From assembly GCF_001194135.2 (NCBI RefSeq), contig NC_068993.1, positions 35,166,281 to 35,230,280 of the forward strand: a DNA stretch of 64,000 bases, read 5' to 3'. Positions 1 through 12,477 of this stretch are shown piece by piece. The notes below the pieces were generated by a model. The model did not search any database. It was not told the origin of the DNA and saw only the letters and a program-made list of their open reading frames with translations. The first letter of the stretch is position 1; the number at the start of each line of letters is the position of its first letter. The stretch comes from Octopus bimaculoides. Taxonomy: Eukaryota. Both the position numbers and the translations under genes were made by a program.

Positions 1-149
1 CAGGACAGTTTACATTCATTATTAAAGCTGATGTTAAGCATTACAGCTGGACCGTCGGGTTATACCGTAGTAAAAGTTCAAAAGTTCTCGTGCAGGATTT
101 TGTCACTTGAGGGGCGGGCGGGTTTAAATTATCTAGCTGTTTTTTTTTG

Positions 150-585
150 TGTATTTAATTTGTAATCCTTATATACTGTTTGCATCGTACTGTGCAAAAC
201 TATGTTTGCTTGTGTGCAAACAGCTAGACAATCTCTCCGAAAATCGATTAATAATCATACCATCGTCAAAAGTATAGACAATGATTCTTCGGAGTATAGA
301 TGGAATTTCCTGGACAGGATGTTGTATGGACTCGCATGTCTTACTATTGACCAAGTTAATTCACATTTAACCTTCTCGTCTCTCTGTTTCCAGACGAAAT
401 CAGCTAGTTATATTGAGTACCATCTATTAACCTTTTCGAAGTTGGCTATATGGTTCCTATATCGATTTTTGAAAGAATCGACAAAAATGCCGATACACAC
501 ATACGGGCCTCCTCGGGTGTTCACTGTGCACTTATATATCATATTACAATTCGTAGAGAGGTTCTACAGAGGACATTTCGTTAAA
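150..585 (-). mobile_element. Penelope-like retroelement, decayed C-terminal GIY-YIG endonuclease fragment
   Basis: Manual minus-strand translation gives KCPL*NLSTNCNMIYKCTVNTRGGPYVCIGIFVDSFKNRYRNHIANF...LADFVWKQRD...ELTWSIVRHASPYN...EESLSILL. This follows the remembered PLE GIY-YIG pattern (CPL..C...IY..TV....YIG...FK.RY.NH...F; IW.LKD; W.I...A.PY) with in-frame stops. Confidence 0.8.
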
Positions 586-621
586 AGTAGAATTAAAAAT
601 TATATATATATATATATATAT

Positions 622-1286
622 NNNNNNNNNNNNNNNNNNNNNNNNNNNNNNNNNNNNNNNNNNNNNNNNNNNNNNNNNNNNNNNNNNNNNNNNNNNNNNN
701 NNNNNNNNNNNNNNNNNNNNNNNNNNNNNNNNNNNNNNNNNNNNNNNNNNNNNNNNNNNNNNNNNNNNNNNNNNNNNNNNNNNNNNNNNNNNNNNNNNNN
801 NNNNNNNNNNNNNNNNNNNNNNNNNNNNNNNNNNNNNNNNNNNNNNNNNNNNNNNNNNNNNNNNNNNNNNNNNNNNNNNNNNNNNNNNNNNNNNNNNNNN
901 NNNNNNNNNNNNNNNNNNNNNNNNNNNNNNNNNNNNNNNNNNNNNNNNNNNNNNNNNNNNNNNNNNNNNNNNNNNNNNNNNNNNNNNNNNNNNNNNNNNN
1001 NNNNNNNNNNNNNNNNNNNNNNNNNNNNNNNNNNNNNNNNNNNNNNNNNNNNNNNNNNNNNNNNNNNNNNNNNNNNNNNNNNNNNNNNNNNNNNNNNNNN
1101 NNNNNNNNNNNNNNNNNNNNNNNNNNNNNNNNNNNNNNNNNNNNNNNNNNNNNNNNNNNNNNNNNNNNNNNNNNNNNNNNNNNNNNNNNNNNNNNNNNNN
1201 NNNNNNNNNNNNNNNNNNNNNNNNNNNNNNNNNNNNNNNNNNNNNNNNNNNNNNNNNNNNNNNNNNNNNNNNNNNNNNNNNNNNNN
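622..1286. other. Assembly gap (N-run), representative of more than 20 gaps in the window
   Basis: Runs of n, almost all bordered by AT/CA/GA microsatellites. Confidence 1.
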
Positions 1287-1317
<31 letters not shown>

Positions 1318-1649
1318 ATATATGTTCATACATACAAATTGATTATCTTCCTTGTGTAGTTAGTCTAATCAGTAAAATTTCTGTATTTCATATTTTCTTT
1401 AAGTTTCTAAAAGCATATTTTTTACTGTCTTAATATTGTATTGTATTGTCGCATTGTTACTTTATTTTTAATTCTGAAGTCATTCTGTCAGATGAAATAC
1501 ACAACCACAAAACAAATGTCTCAGTGTGTAAAAATTTGACACTTACAAACATATCCAGTATTTATATTATTTAATTGTCTTAATTCGCTTGTATATAATT
1601 TTATGATTATCATATTGGCATGGAAGGGATGTCATACACGATATAATGA

Positions 1650-1900
1650 AAAGAATAAATACTCCACAAACACTGAAGAATTTCAGAATATTTTGGGTTT
1701 ACTTACATTAACATTCGGATACCAGTATCAGATGAATTGACTAAATAATTTTGTGATGCATGGAAAATCGGCCGGTGAATACGATTAATGAAGGCTTCTA
1801 CTGCACTTCCACCAAGGACACCTACTCTTGCGTCCAATAACTGAAATAGAAAACAATATTGATTCTTCTTAGATTGGTTGTTTGATTGATCGAATTGCCT
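1650..1900 (-). mobile_element. Possible Penelope-like RT/EN linker remnant, perhaps from the same element as 150-585
   Basis: Weak translated resemblance (RRINIVFYFSY; GRFSMHHKII) to the PLE linker RKRNIIWFNPP / HFPKxHK. Orientation and order are consistent with the GIY-YIG piece across the gap. Confidence 0.3.
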
Positions 1901-2108
1901 TGGTATTTTACCAGTATATTTTTATTGATCTTGAAATAATAATGATGGAAATCAAATTTGACCGGATTTGAACTAGGATTTTATAGTGACGAAACTAAAA
2001 ATAAACTTCAATGCATTTTGTCTGACTTGTAAGGGTTGCAAGAACTGTCGTACATATTGTTCGAGGTCATACCGATTCTGTGACTGCGCCAAATTAAAGA
2101 TAGAGGGA

Positions 2109-2109
<1 letters not shown>

Positions 2110-2146
<37 letters not shown>

Positions 2147-2156
2147 CAACAACAAC

Positions 2157-2203
<47 letters not shown>

Positions 2204-2237
2204 TAATAATAATAACAACAACAACAACAACAATAAC

Positions 2238-2279
<42 letters not shown>
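2110..2279. repeat. (AAT)n/(AAC)n trinucleotide microsatellite, tail of the adjacent SINE
   Basis: Directly visible. It explains the poly-N and poly-L ORFs at 1973-2294. Confidence 0.95.
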
Positions 2280-2280
<1 letters not shown>

Positions 2281-2281
<1 letters not shown>

Positions 2282-2420
2282 CCCCAGTGCTTAACTGGTA
2301 TTTAATTTATCGACCGCGAAAGAATGAAAAGGCAAAGTCGACCTTGGCAGAATTTGAACTCAGAACGTAGCGGCAAAAGCATTTGGCCCGGCGTGCTAAA
2401 GGTTCTGCCAGCTCGCCCTT
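2281..2420 (-). mobile_element. tRNA-derived SINE, family 1
   Basis: Minus strand reads aagggcgagctggcagaa (A-box-like) ... gttctgagttcaaattc (B-box-like) ... gtcgataaattaaataccagt, followed by an (ATT)n tail. Homologous copies lie at 21470, 24156, 43416 and 46085. Confidence 0.85.
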
Positions 2421-3769
2421 CTACAAGGCTTGAAAAATGACTTTTTTTATTAGTAATCATATTATGACTACAGGGATCCAAAATGAAACATATGGGTTAA
2501 AGTTTGAGCTGGAAAGGGATAGGGACTTTATGGGATCTTCATGCTTCTCTCAAAGTTATTAGCACAGACACTGAAGAGATATGACAACAAGATCTAAAAG
2601 TATCTGGATTGCAGAAATTCTTTCCTTAAGAGATGACATCTATGTATCATTTGATTTTCACCAATCCAAAATGTTATTGAGAAAAGGCTGCAAGAAATTC
2701 TCTAGAAAACATCAGAAATTATTTACATTAACAAAATTGAAATATTTGACAAAACAAAGGAAGAGGTACAACTGGGTAAGAAAGAAAACCAAATGACTAG
2801 AGTATTATTGATTTTAAATCTCCTGTGAATATTTTACCTATTTTCTTTTATTACTTATTTCCAGTAATTCAGTCTCTTTCCTTTTTCAAAATTGCTTTCG
2901 ATTTAATATAGATGACTATTGGGTGTATCTTACTTTCGTACTGGAAGCTATTACCAACTGCCACTAAGCGATTGTCCATCCTCTCTGGAAGCTGAGAGAA
3001 TTTCAATAAAACACGAATTTACCGTCCATGTTTTGTAATATACCCTAATTCATCATTGTTCTACAAATAAATGCCACTGATGATTTAGTTATTTCTCTCC
3101 TCACACATACACACATGTATGTATGTATGCATATGCCCAAGCGCAAATTTGGAGGGAACATTATAAAATAATATATTTATGTTTTACTTATATCAAGATG
3201 TATATAATTTTACAATATGCCCCCAGACTTGAATTTTTGTAAGAATATTCTGTAATCTTTATAACCAAGGAGTCATTTCGCAAAAGATTTCACTAAAATA
3301 CCATGAATTCTCTTTACAAGCTGCATCTCCACATTAGAATGGAACAACGATTTTCTAAGATAATGGTTATACACCGGACAATTAACGTGCACTTTACAAA
3401 TATTACACACACACATACACACACACACACACATACATACACTCACACACACAGATTACACACTGCACATACGCATACACTCATACACACAATCTCATAC
3501 ACATCCTTTTGCTTTTACATTTTTCCAAGAGTTGATTGTAGGTGGTAGATGCTGTAGTGGATTACATCCACTTCAATAATTCAATACTATCTATGTTATC
3601 AGTCCCGAAAGAATGAAATATGAATAAAAAATTACGTAAATATAGTGTTCCAATTCCTCCATCGCACTACAGTTTCTGTAATATTTCGTCCCTTTAATGG
3701 TACCGTTAATAATTTTTGAGAGAGTTCTAATGCTTCAAATTCATGAGAAAAAGGTTAGTGGATTATATC

Positions 3770-3890
3770 TACTCACTATTTGACTAGTACTTTATTTTAT
3801 CGACAGTGGAAGAATGAAAGACAAATTTAATTTAGGCGGGATTTGAACTCAGAACATAAAATTCGAGACTAAATAAAACGCGATATTTTA
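3770..3890 (-). mobile_element. SINE family 1, diverged copy
   Basis: tactttattttatcgacagtggaagaatgaaagacaaa...ggcgggatttgaactcagaac aligns by eye with the 24156-24387 copy. Confidence 0.7.
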
Positions 3891-3968
3891 CTCGATGCGA
3901 AAATAAGTCAGTTAATGAAGTAATACTATTGAACTGTAAAATAATTGAAGAAGACTTGGCGTTAATGG

Positions 3969-4187
3969 ACGAGGGAGTGCTGAAAAGTTCCTGGCTTTGG
4001 GGTAAAAGAAAATACAGGAGGATCAGTTAATTATGATTTCATTCAACATATTCTGCTCTCAGATTCAGACACTTATGGCAGTGGTCATGCAGTTTTCTAA
4101 ACCCTATAAAAGAACTAGGAAGTGTGTGCCTCGAACTAGGCCTTCTACGATACCCTTAAAATCAGGAACTTTTCAGCACCCCTTCGT
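3969..4187. mobile_element. Tc1/mariner-type MITE (~220 bp)
   Basis: 25-bp terminal inverted repeats: acgagggagtgctgaaaagttcctg (3969) and caggaacttttcagcaccccttcgt (ending 4187), with 2 mismatches. The right end is followed by A, giving the TA. No coding capacity. Confidence 0.85.
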
Positions 4188-5028
4188 AAATGTTCACTGT
4201 TCGGTAAAGACCGATTTTAGTTGCTGACCTCAGATAGTTAAAAGGAGTTGTTTCCAGCAGAATTTGAAATCGGAATGTAACGGTAAATAAATGATATTGC
4301 AAGTCATTTTGTATGACGCCCTAAGAATTCTGCGAGTCTCAAATTTCTTAATCCAATAATAAATATTTGTAAAAGCCTTGACAGTAATGTAATTTTTCGC
4401 ATGTGTCAGAAAGTGCATTACGAAAGATTAATGGCAATAATGTAATATGTTTATGTAATAATGATGAAATATTCTGATATATATGTTCTTTAAAATATCT
4501 TTCAAGAACAACAACAATAACATAATAAAAATTACTTTGGTGATCTCGTGTTTTAAATCTATTTCCGTATTAAAAAAAGAAATAGTGGTGGAATATAAAT
4601 ATAAATTTCTTTAGAGTAAGAGAGAAAGATATAGCCTAAAAGTAATTTCTATTCTGGCGAGAAAAGTCATTTAGTGCAATTAATATATTTCTTAGGGCAG
4701 AAAACTTAGTTTCTTGGCAAATGGAGGGTGAACGATGCGATGTGCTTTTGTTACCTGAACATCCATTTTTAAAATTATTACATCCAGGACAGCATCCTCT
4801 TGAATACACATCTCTTTACATTCCTAACAAATTTTAGTAAGATTTCAGGGAGAGTTAGCTACTGTTTCTGCCATCATGTTTTGCGATGTTTAGTTGTTCC
4901 TTTACATACTGAGTTCAAGTTCTACTTAGGTTTCTCTCACTTTTTTTTTACCTATGTATCGACTTTTGAAGGAAGAAAACTTTAAAATTTATATGTACCA
5001 ATCATTAAAATAAGAAGTAGGCTCCATG

Positions 5029-5329
5029 TAGTGGTTCCCAAACATTTCCGGGCTGCCGCTCCCCTGACACCCAGGCCACATTCCTAGTGTCCCCCTACCC
5101 AACTAACCATCACAAACATAGACCTCTTTCTGAAGCAAATTCAGAGCAATTGTATTTCACAAATAAAACTTAACCTAATGAACCTATTATTTTGTTGTTT
5201 TTATATGAATCCCTACCCCACTTTTTACATGAATCACTACCCCCATTATCACCCTACTTTTCTTCAACGCCCTATTGGAACTTTCCACCGCCCACAAAGG
5301 GACAATACCGCCCACTTTGGGAACCACTG
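5029..5329. mobile_element. hAT (Charlie-like) MITE (~300 bp)
   Basis: TIRs tagtggttcccaaa and tttgggaaccactg. The right flank ttctagaa fits the NTCTAGAN Charlie target preference; the left 8-mer does not match, so the TSD is not intact. Confidence 0.75.
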
Positions 5330-7144
5330 TTCTAGAATGATGCGGCGATACTGGGGTATATCCCAATGACTGAATAGATTGGAAATAATAATCAGTTATA
5401 AGGGATGATCACATTAATTTTTAAATCTTTATAATCGAGTACTTATTTAGGCGAGAGTCTTACGAGATTGAACAACAGTAATATCCAAGATAACGTGAGG
5501 AACATTTCGATTCAAGATAATGTGAAGTAGCGGCAACTGAGATTCATAACTGAAAATTGAAATTAGATCAAATCGTGACTCATGAACTGCAGTTTGCTTG
5601 GATTTTACTTTCATTTTGCTAGCTACATTGCAATCAACGTAACTAGAAATAAAACCAGGTAATCTGGTTAAATATAATTTGTTCAGTTACTGTATAACTA
5701 TACGTCGAAGAAACAGAAAATTAAACATTTCGCAGAATTCGCAACAAGTTAGTGCAATATACAACCGAAATAAATTACGGCAGAAGTCATGATAGTTTAT
5801 ATTGTCGCAAACAATATAACAGTTGAGAAAATTTGAAATAATTACATTGACTTCGATCCTGGACTTTAAAATAACCATAATTTAAAACTGAATTAAAACA
5901 GGGGAAAAAGTTTATAAAATATGGATAGTGATGGTTTGCATTAATTCAATGCTAGATTAGTCAGCCCAAATTTGATTTTCTTATGTAGAATGCTATTTTA
6001 TTTTTTTATTTTTATTGTTGTTACAACAACGATATCAAATTCAATCCACATTGGTTAATATGAAAGATTGCATCATTGGTGAGTTGTCATTGAAGTGTAC
6101 TGCACAGCCTCCTGACTTCTTTCCATCGCTGTTTTACTGAAGGGTATAACCGAGCAGCTAACCGGTGAGGTTTTGTTCAAGTCATCATTCCCTACAGCGA
6201 ATATTTAGTGTGATAAAGTATTCTTCTATATGTATGTTGAAAACAGGGTAATGTTCTGAAGAACACAATGCAGAATTATTGAAATGCAAATAAGCAAAAC
6301 TTCACCCGATAAACCTAATTCAATCATCTGCATCCCATTGAAATTATTTAATGTTTGTATACACGAGGAAAATTAATGCAAAATATTGATTTTATATAGC
6401 TTGGAAGAAGCATTTGACATTAGCACTACACAGTACCGATGTTGGGTCATGCAAACACTATTTATTCAACTCCTTTGTTCGGTTCTCATTTCTTCTTTTA
6501 GAAAAAAGAAATTCGCCAAAATCGGAAAAAATAAATAAATGAAAACAGACTAGTTCTTTTAAAATATCTATTTCAGTAGTTCTCTTGTCAAACTTGACTA
6601 CCTTAACTTGGGAGTTCATTTTCTGACAGATAACATGATATCGTTCTATAACATTAGTAATGGAGTAATATCTAAAGCACAGAAATATATTTGAATCAGT
6701 AGACATATTTTCATCTTCTACTACATTGATTTTCTGGTGACTGAAAAGATATTTGTATCTTTCAGCATTCGTTAGTATATTAATAAGTACCTATCATATT
6801 TGAGTTCGAAACAACTTTAGAGTTCAAAAAGGAAAAAGGAAGAATTTTAGTATTTAACTATTTTACCAAGAGCGTTAATGACGTGAGGTAAGTGACATCG
6901 TTCCAATGTGAAATCGATGATATTTCAACGACACAAATCAATTTGCGTCACTTCACTACAGATTGGTGTGCCATTCTCATATGACAAAAATTGTGTTTGT
7001 TTATTTCAGAAGATACCAAGACAGCATTAGATCTGACACTCTACTCCCTCAATCAGCCTAACCAGCCATACTTCTTATAAAATGTAATTGTCAAGTTATT
7101 TACGAGTAATTGTTATGTGAAACGGAACAAACGCCGAATCATAA

Positions 7145-7296
7145 ATATATTCTCATGCACATAGATATATTCTCATGCACATAGATATATTCTCATGCAC
7201 ATAGATATATTCTCATGCACATAGATATATTCTCATGCACATAGATATATTCTCATGCATGAGATATAGATATATATTCTCATGCACATATTCTCA
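7145..7296. repeat. 20-bp minisatellite (atatattctcatgcacatag), about 6 near-perfect plus 2 degenerate units
   Basis: Directly visible tandem array. Confidence 0.95.
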
Positions 7297-8789
7297 TGCA
7301 CATAGAAGTAATGAATATACTGTCGTACACAGGAATATGCAGTCAAGACCATCCGATTTGACTATCTTTACTGGGACATATCTACCGATTTTCTTCAAAA
7401 TACACCAGACTACCTTCAACACACAAATTATACATTGAAATACCGATACTAATAGTTAGCTGTGTTTGGACAAGTTTCCTTAACCAAGGCACATCAGAGA
7501 TTAATAGGCGACAACAACGACAATAACAACAGCAACGTCAACAATAGCGACGACATCACACGACGACAGCGACAAAAGGAAAAGTGATAATCGCGTATTC
7601 CAGCATATAATGACCTATTTCAGCATATGTGAAATTCCGCCATTATGAAAAATTTCTGTAAACAATATTGGAACATAACGTCTGTTACTTAGATCATAAT
7701 ATAGTAGCATTCAGCATTTGTCAACATAATCTTGTTCCTGCAATTAAATTGTTTTAACTATTACCTTTGTTGAGAAGACAAATGACTCAGCGAAACTACG
7801 CCAAGGAATTTGAACTCATGACATATCGTTAGCTAACGGCTAATGAACTGGATCTAATAAAACAATGTTGAAATAAGACAAATACAAAGAAATATTACAT
7901 AACTTTGGAATGAGACAATGCAAGTAGTCAATAATATTTTTTTCCTGCTTAGATTGTTTCTTGCTTCAGTATGCCGAAGCTTTACTGGTATAATTCACTC
8001 TGGCGTCAAACAAAAGAATAGTTTGAAGCTTAAATATCTACATCTCAGTGTAGCACCATTGATAGTTATAATCATTGAAGAGAAAAGTAATTACGAAAAG
8101 ACTAGACGAGAAATCTAGTAGAAATCGTAATCAGTAAAATTATAAATGTAATTTGAAAATACTTTCGTTTCATTTTCGTTTTGTGGCGATAGCTAATAAA
8201 AATAAGAAGAAAAATGCAACAAATTTTCTTTTAGTTATAAAACAAAAATGAGAATGAGAATATAATTGCTTGAAGTTAACAAATTAATGTCCATTTCCGT
8301 TTGTCTTTCGATTAGATGTAAATTGGAAAGAATCCATGAAAACAATAGACGCATGACATGCATACATGACAAGAAATCAGTGAAAATGTCTGATGTGGAT
8401 TCTGCATCTTATTATAGGTAAAGTAGATCATTGAAAATATTAAAGTCACCGCGAGGAAAAAATAATAGGCATTATAATATAAGCAGGCAAGCCTAACTCA
8501 GCTAATCTTTCATTCGGTTTCGTCCAGATGAAATTTTACTACGGCAGTATTGAATCAATGTAACAATTGTCGATGTTACAGTGCGTTCGCTGTCACATCT
8601 GTCTCTTCATTCTGAGTATTTACAGCGAGGTGATACGAAGCTAAGGCTCAGTACAAAACTTGTGTCGGCGAAAGAACTACCAAAACTACATCTTGATTAT
8701 ATATCGAAGTGGAAAACTTTTATAAGTTAAAAAAAAAGTTATCGGGTGTACCATTTAGTACACAATCGTTCAATTCCTTATATATATAT

Positions 8790-8995
8790 ATATATTATCT
8801 TTTAACTGTTTCAGTCATTAGACTCTGCCAATGCTGGGGCACCACCTAGGAGAATTTTAGTCGAATTTATCGACACCAGTACTTACGTTTTGTAAACCCT
8901 GGTACATATTCGAGCGGACACTTTGCCGAACCACTAAGTTACAGCGATGTAAACACACCAACATCGGTTGTCAAGCAGTGGTGAGGGACAAGCAC
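8790..8995 (-). mobile_element. tRNA-derived SINE, family 2 (3' half)
   Basis: tatcttttaactgtttcagtcattagactctgccaatgctggggcaccacc...aaacacaccaacatcggttgtcaagc is shared with copies at 33270 and 50692, and with the opposite-strand copy at 57483-57830. Confidence 0.8.
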
Positions 8996-10363
8996 ATACA
9001 CAGACACACTAACATATGTATACATATATATACATACATATATATATGTATATCAATACACACACACACACGCACACGAACACACACACACATATATATA
9101 TATATACAAACATATAGATATATATATATACACATAAGTATATATCCATATATATTTAGGCACATATATATATATACATACATATATATATGTATATCAA
9201 TACACNNNNNNNNNNNNNNNNNNNNNNNNNNNNNNNNNNNNNNNNNNNNNNNNNNNNNNNNNNNNNNNNNNNNNNNNNNNNNNNNNNNNNNNNNNNNNNN
9301 NNNNNNNNNNNNNNNNNNNNNNNNNNNNNNNNNNNNNNNNNNNNNNNNNNNNNNNNNNNNNNNNNNNNNNNNNNNNNNNNNNNNNNNNNNNNNNNNNNNN
9401 NNNNNNNNNNNNNNNNNNNNNNNNNNNNNNNNNNNNNNNNNNNNNNNNNNNNNNNNNNNNNNNNNNNNNNNNNNNNNNNNNNNNNNNNNNNNNNNNNNNN
9501 NNNNNNNNNNNNNNNNNNNNNNNNNNNNNNNNNNNNNNNNNNNNNNNNNNNNNNNNNNNNNNNNNNNNNNNNNNNNNNNNNNNNNNNNNNNNNNNNNNNN
9601 NNNNNNNNNNNNNNNNNNNNNNNNNNNNNNNNNNNNNNNNNNNNNNNNNNNNNNNNNNNNNNNNNNNNNNNNNNNNNNNNNNNNNNNNNNNNNNNNNNNN
9701 NNNNNNNNNNNNNNNNNNNNNNNNNNNNNNNNNNNNNNNNNNNNNNNNNNNNNNNNNNNNNNNNNNNNNNNNNNNNNNNNNNNNNNNNNNNNNNNNNNNN
9801 NNNNNNNNNNNNNNNNNNNNNNNNNNNNNNNNNNNNNNNNNNNNNNNNNNNNNNNNNNNNNNNNNNNNNNNNNNNNNNNNNNNNNNNNNNNNNNNNNNNN
9901 NNNNNNNNNNNNNNNNNNNNNNNNNNNNNNNNNNNNNNNNNNNNNNNNNNNNNNNNNNNNNNNNNNNNNNNNNNNNNNNNNNNNNNNNNNNNNNNNNNNN
10001 NNNNNNNNNNNNNNNNNNNNNNNNNNNNNNNNNNNNNNNNNNNNNNNNNNNNNNNNNNNNNNNNNNNNNNNNNNNNNNNNNNNNNNNNNNNNNNNNNNNN
10101 NNNNNNNNNNNNNNNNNNNNNNNNNNNNNNNNNNNNNNNNNNNNNNNNNNNNNNNNNNNNNNNNNNNNNNNNNNNNNNNNNNNNNNGGAACGATTCTGCC
10201 AGTTATCCGCCTTTCGAATATCTCATATTGATTGGAAGATTCTTGAGTACAGCACCGAGAACGAATGAGTGTTGTTAGACAATTATATATGCACACACAT
10301 AGACACACGCACACACACACACACACACACACTCACACACACACACACTCACACACACACACA

Positions 10364-10414
<51 letters not shown>

Positions 10415-10997
10415 ATGCATATATGCATGTATTCATATGTATGAATAAACTTTTGTGAGATAAGGAGGCAGAAGGGAGGAGAAAAAACAATCTAAAAAAG
10501 GAAAAGCAGAGTATGAGATGGAATGAAGGGAGGAAATGCTGAAGAAAAATACCAGAGAAGAGGAGTTGGGTAGAAAGAAGAAAAGAGAATACGGAAAAGG
10601 AAGAGGGTGAGAAAGAAAAAATAGAAGGTAGAGACGTGGTAATAAAAACGAAGGACCAAAATGAGGATGAGGATCATGATGATGATGGAGAAGAAGAAAA
10701 AGAACAACAAGAAGAGATAGTAGTAGTAGTGGTGGTGGTAGGATAGTGTTTCATGCAGAAAGGAGTGGAAACAAAATATGCGTATGAAAATAATATAAAT
10801 GATGATAATAAATACATGCATATATGTGTGTGTGTATGTGTGTATGTGTGTGTGTGTGCGTGCGTGTGTGTAATTTTTGGGACTAATGGGTATATGTCAA
10901 TTAGCGTGTTGAGTAAAGCGCGTTCACAGTTTCGGTTACCTGATGTCATCCACAGTTGGGATATATAGCCACTCATGAATTCCGCAATTCTAGTTGA

Positions 10998-11064
10998 AAT
11001 AATAATAATAATTGACGAGGGAAACGGAAGATAGTACTAAATCTATCTTCCGTTTCCTTCATCA

Positions 11065-11079
<15 letters not shown>
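10998..11079. other. Short near-perfect inverted repeat (37-bp arms, 8-nt loop)
   Basis: aataataataataattgacgagggaaacggaagatag / tactaaat / ctatcttccgtttccttcatcaattattattattatt, with 2 mismatches. Confidence 0.9.
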
Positions 11080-11161
<82 letters not shown>

Positions 11162-11229
11162 TACACACACCCAAACACACACACACACATATACTATATG
11201 CAAAGCAAAAGAATTTGTAGATAATACAT

Positions 11230-11720
11230 TTGATCGAAGTAAACACTGGGGTAAATACAAATGTTAAAAGTAATCGATATCGAACGCATGAAAATAAGGG
11301 TGCAGTCAGTACAGGAAATGACAAATGGAACATTATAATCAAGAGCTCTAATCAATCAGCCGGTATTCTTCGAAATTTACTTTCCTATGTAAGTAAACGT
11401 TTCTCCTCATTATCCACTGATGTATCTATATTCCATACCGGCTCTCATTGCTATAATGAGGTGCTTCAGAACAACACTTTCTTTTTAAATCGTGTCCTAT
11501 ATATAGCTAGATCTAATGGTGTTAGATTTAAGAGTGGAAGCAGAACCCATAAAACTTTGTCTCAATCCAAATTTCAGCTCTAATATGAAAATAAACTAAG
11601 ATAATCTCTCAATTCGACATTTCAAAAGAAGCATAGGTGTAAGATCTTTCAAATCAACACGCTTGAACTTAACTGTTCTTTTATACAAAAAAATAATAAT
11701 CCCGTGCTAGTTAACTAGTT
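11230..11720 (+). mobile_element. Penelope-like retroelement, RT thumb and linker fragment
   Basis: ORF 11230-11583 (KSSNQSAGILRNLLSYVSKRFSSLSTDVSIFHTGSHCYNEVLQNN) resembles the PLE motif SNHPP.I.K.....I.KRIS.LS.....F......Y.EAL. Downstream TFQKKHRCKIFQINTLELNCS resembles HFPK.H.L.KIFN.NT.K.SYSC. Confidence 0.7.
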
Positions 11721-12283
11721 TAATGCCAGAAGTCTTTCTAGCATGAATAATAATAGAAATGTGATGTGCAGTAGTACAAATTAACAAGTCTCTCACGCGC
11801 TTTACACACACCAGTTTAACAGAAAACAAATTTAAGATGAGATTTTACTAGTATGACAACTCCTAATTATATCATGTTAAAATATTCCCCAAATGTTTGT
11901 TCAAAAATATTTCGGCTTTGAAAAAGATCGGACTCGTCTCATCTTAAGATCCGTTGGAGTTATTTTGGAACACGCTATGCTATATTAACATGGTTGCAAC
12001 GACGTTCCTTTCCTTCGAGATGTGCTTTATTCATGAGCGAATTCATCAATATTTCATGGAAAGATTGAAAGTTCAGGAAACATCCGTAGTTTATATTCTT
12101 GCAGTTATATTGCGATATTCTTGTATTGTAACAGGTTAATGCCTAATAGATAAAGTATACTAAACGATTATGTTGAGTTGCTCTACAAAAATGCATAGGA
12201 ATTTAAACGACATTTCGTTTTTAATACCTGTTGACTTTTGATACTTGTTTATTTTTTTCTTCGCTCGACTGCTTTAATTTTCA

Positions 12284-12343
<60 letters not shown>

Positions 12344-12392
12344 NNNNNNNNNNNNNNNNNNNNNNNNNNNNNNNNNNNNNNNNNNNNNNNNN

Positions 12393-12477
<85 letters not shown>

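Noticed and set aside
111-121. GC-box-like ggggcgggcg as a promoter element
   Set aside because: It lies within the inferred PLE 3' UTR, and no gene start is supported nearby.
202-1359. 385-aa ORF and all other long ORFs containing X runs
   Set aside because: They read through N gaps and dinucleotide repeats. The non-gap part here is antisense to a PLE remnant.
1986-2294. Cys-rich peptide (CLTCKGCKNCRTYC) followed by poly-Asn
   Set aside because: It overlaps decayed SINE-like sequence and an (AAT)n tail. There is no splice or homology support.
6458-6790. ~110-codon open frame on the minus strand
   Set aside because: No recognisable motif and weak splice signals; compatible with chance or decayed TE.
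11011-11060. Hammerhead-like words (ttgacga...gaaac, long stem III, GUU) inside the 80-nt hairpin
   Set aside because: There is no stem II and no stem I pairing. The apparent stem III is just the palindrome.
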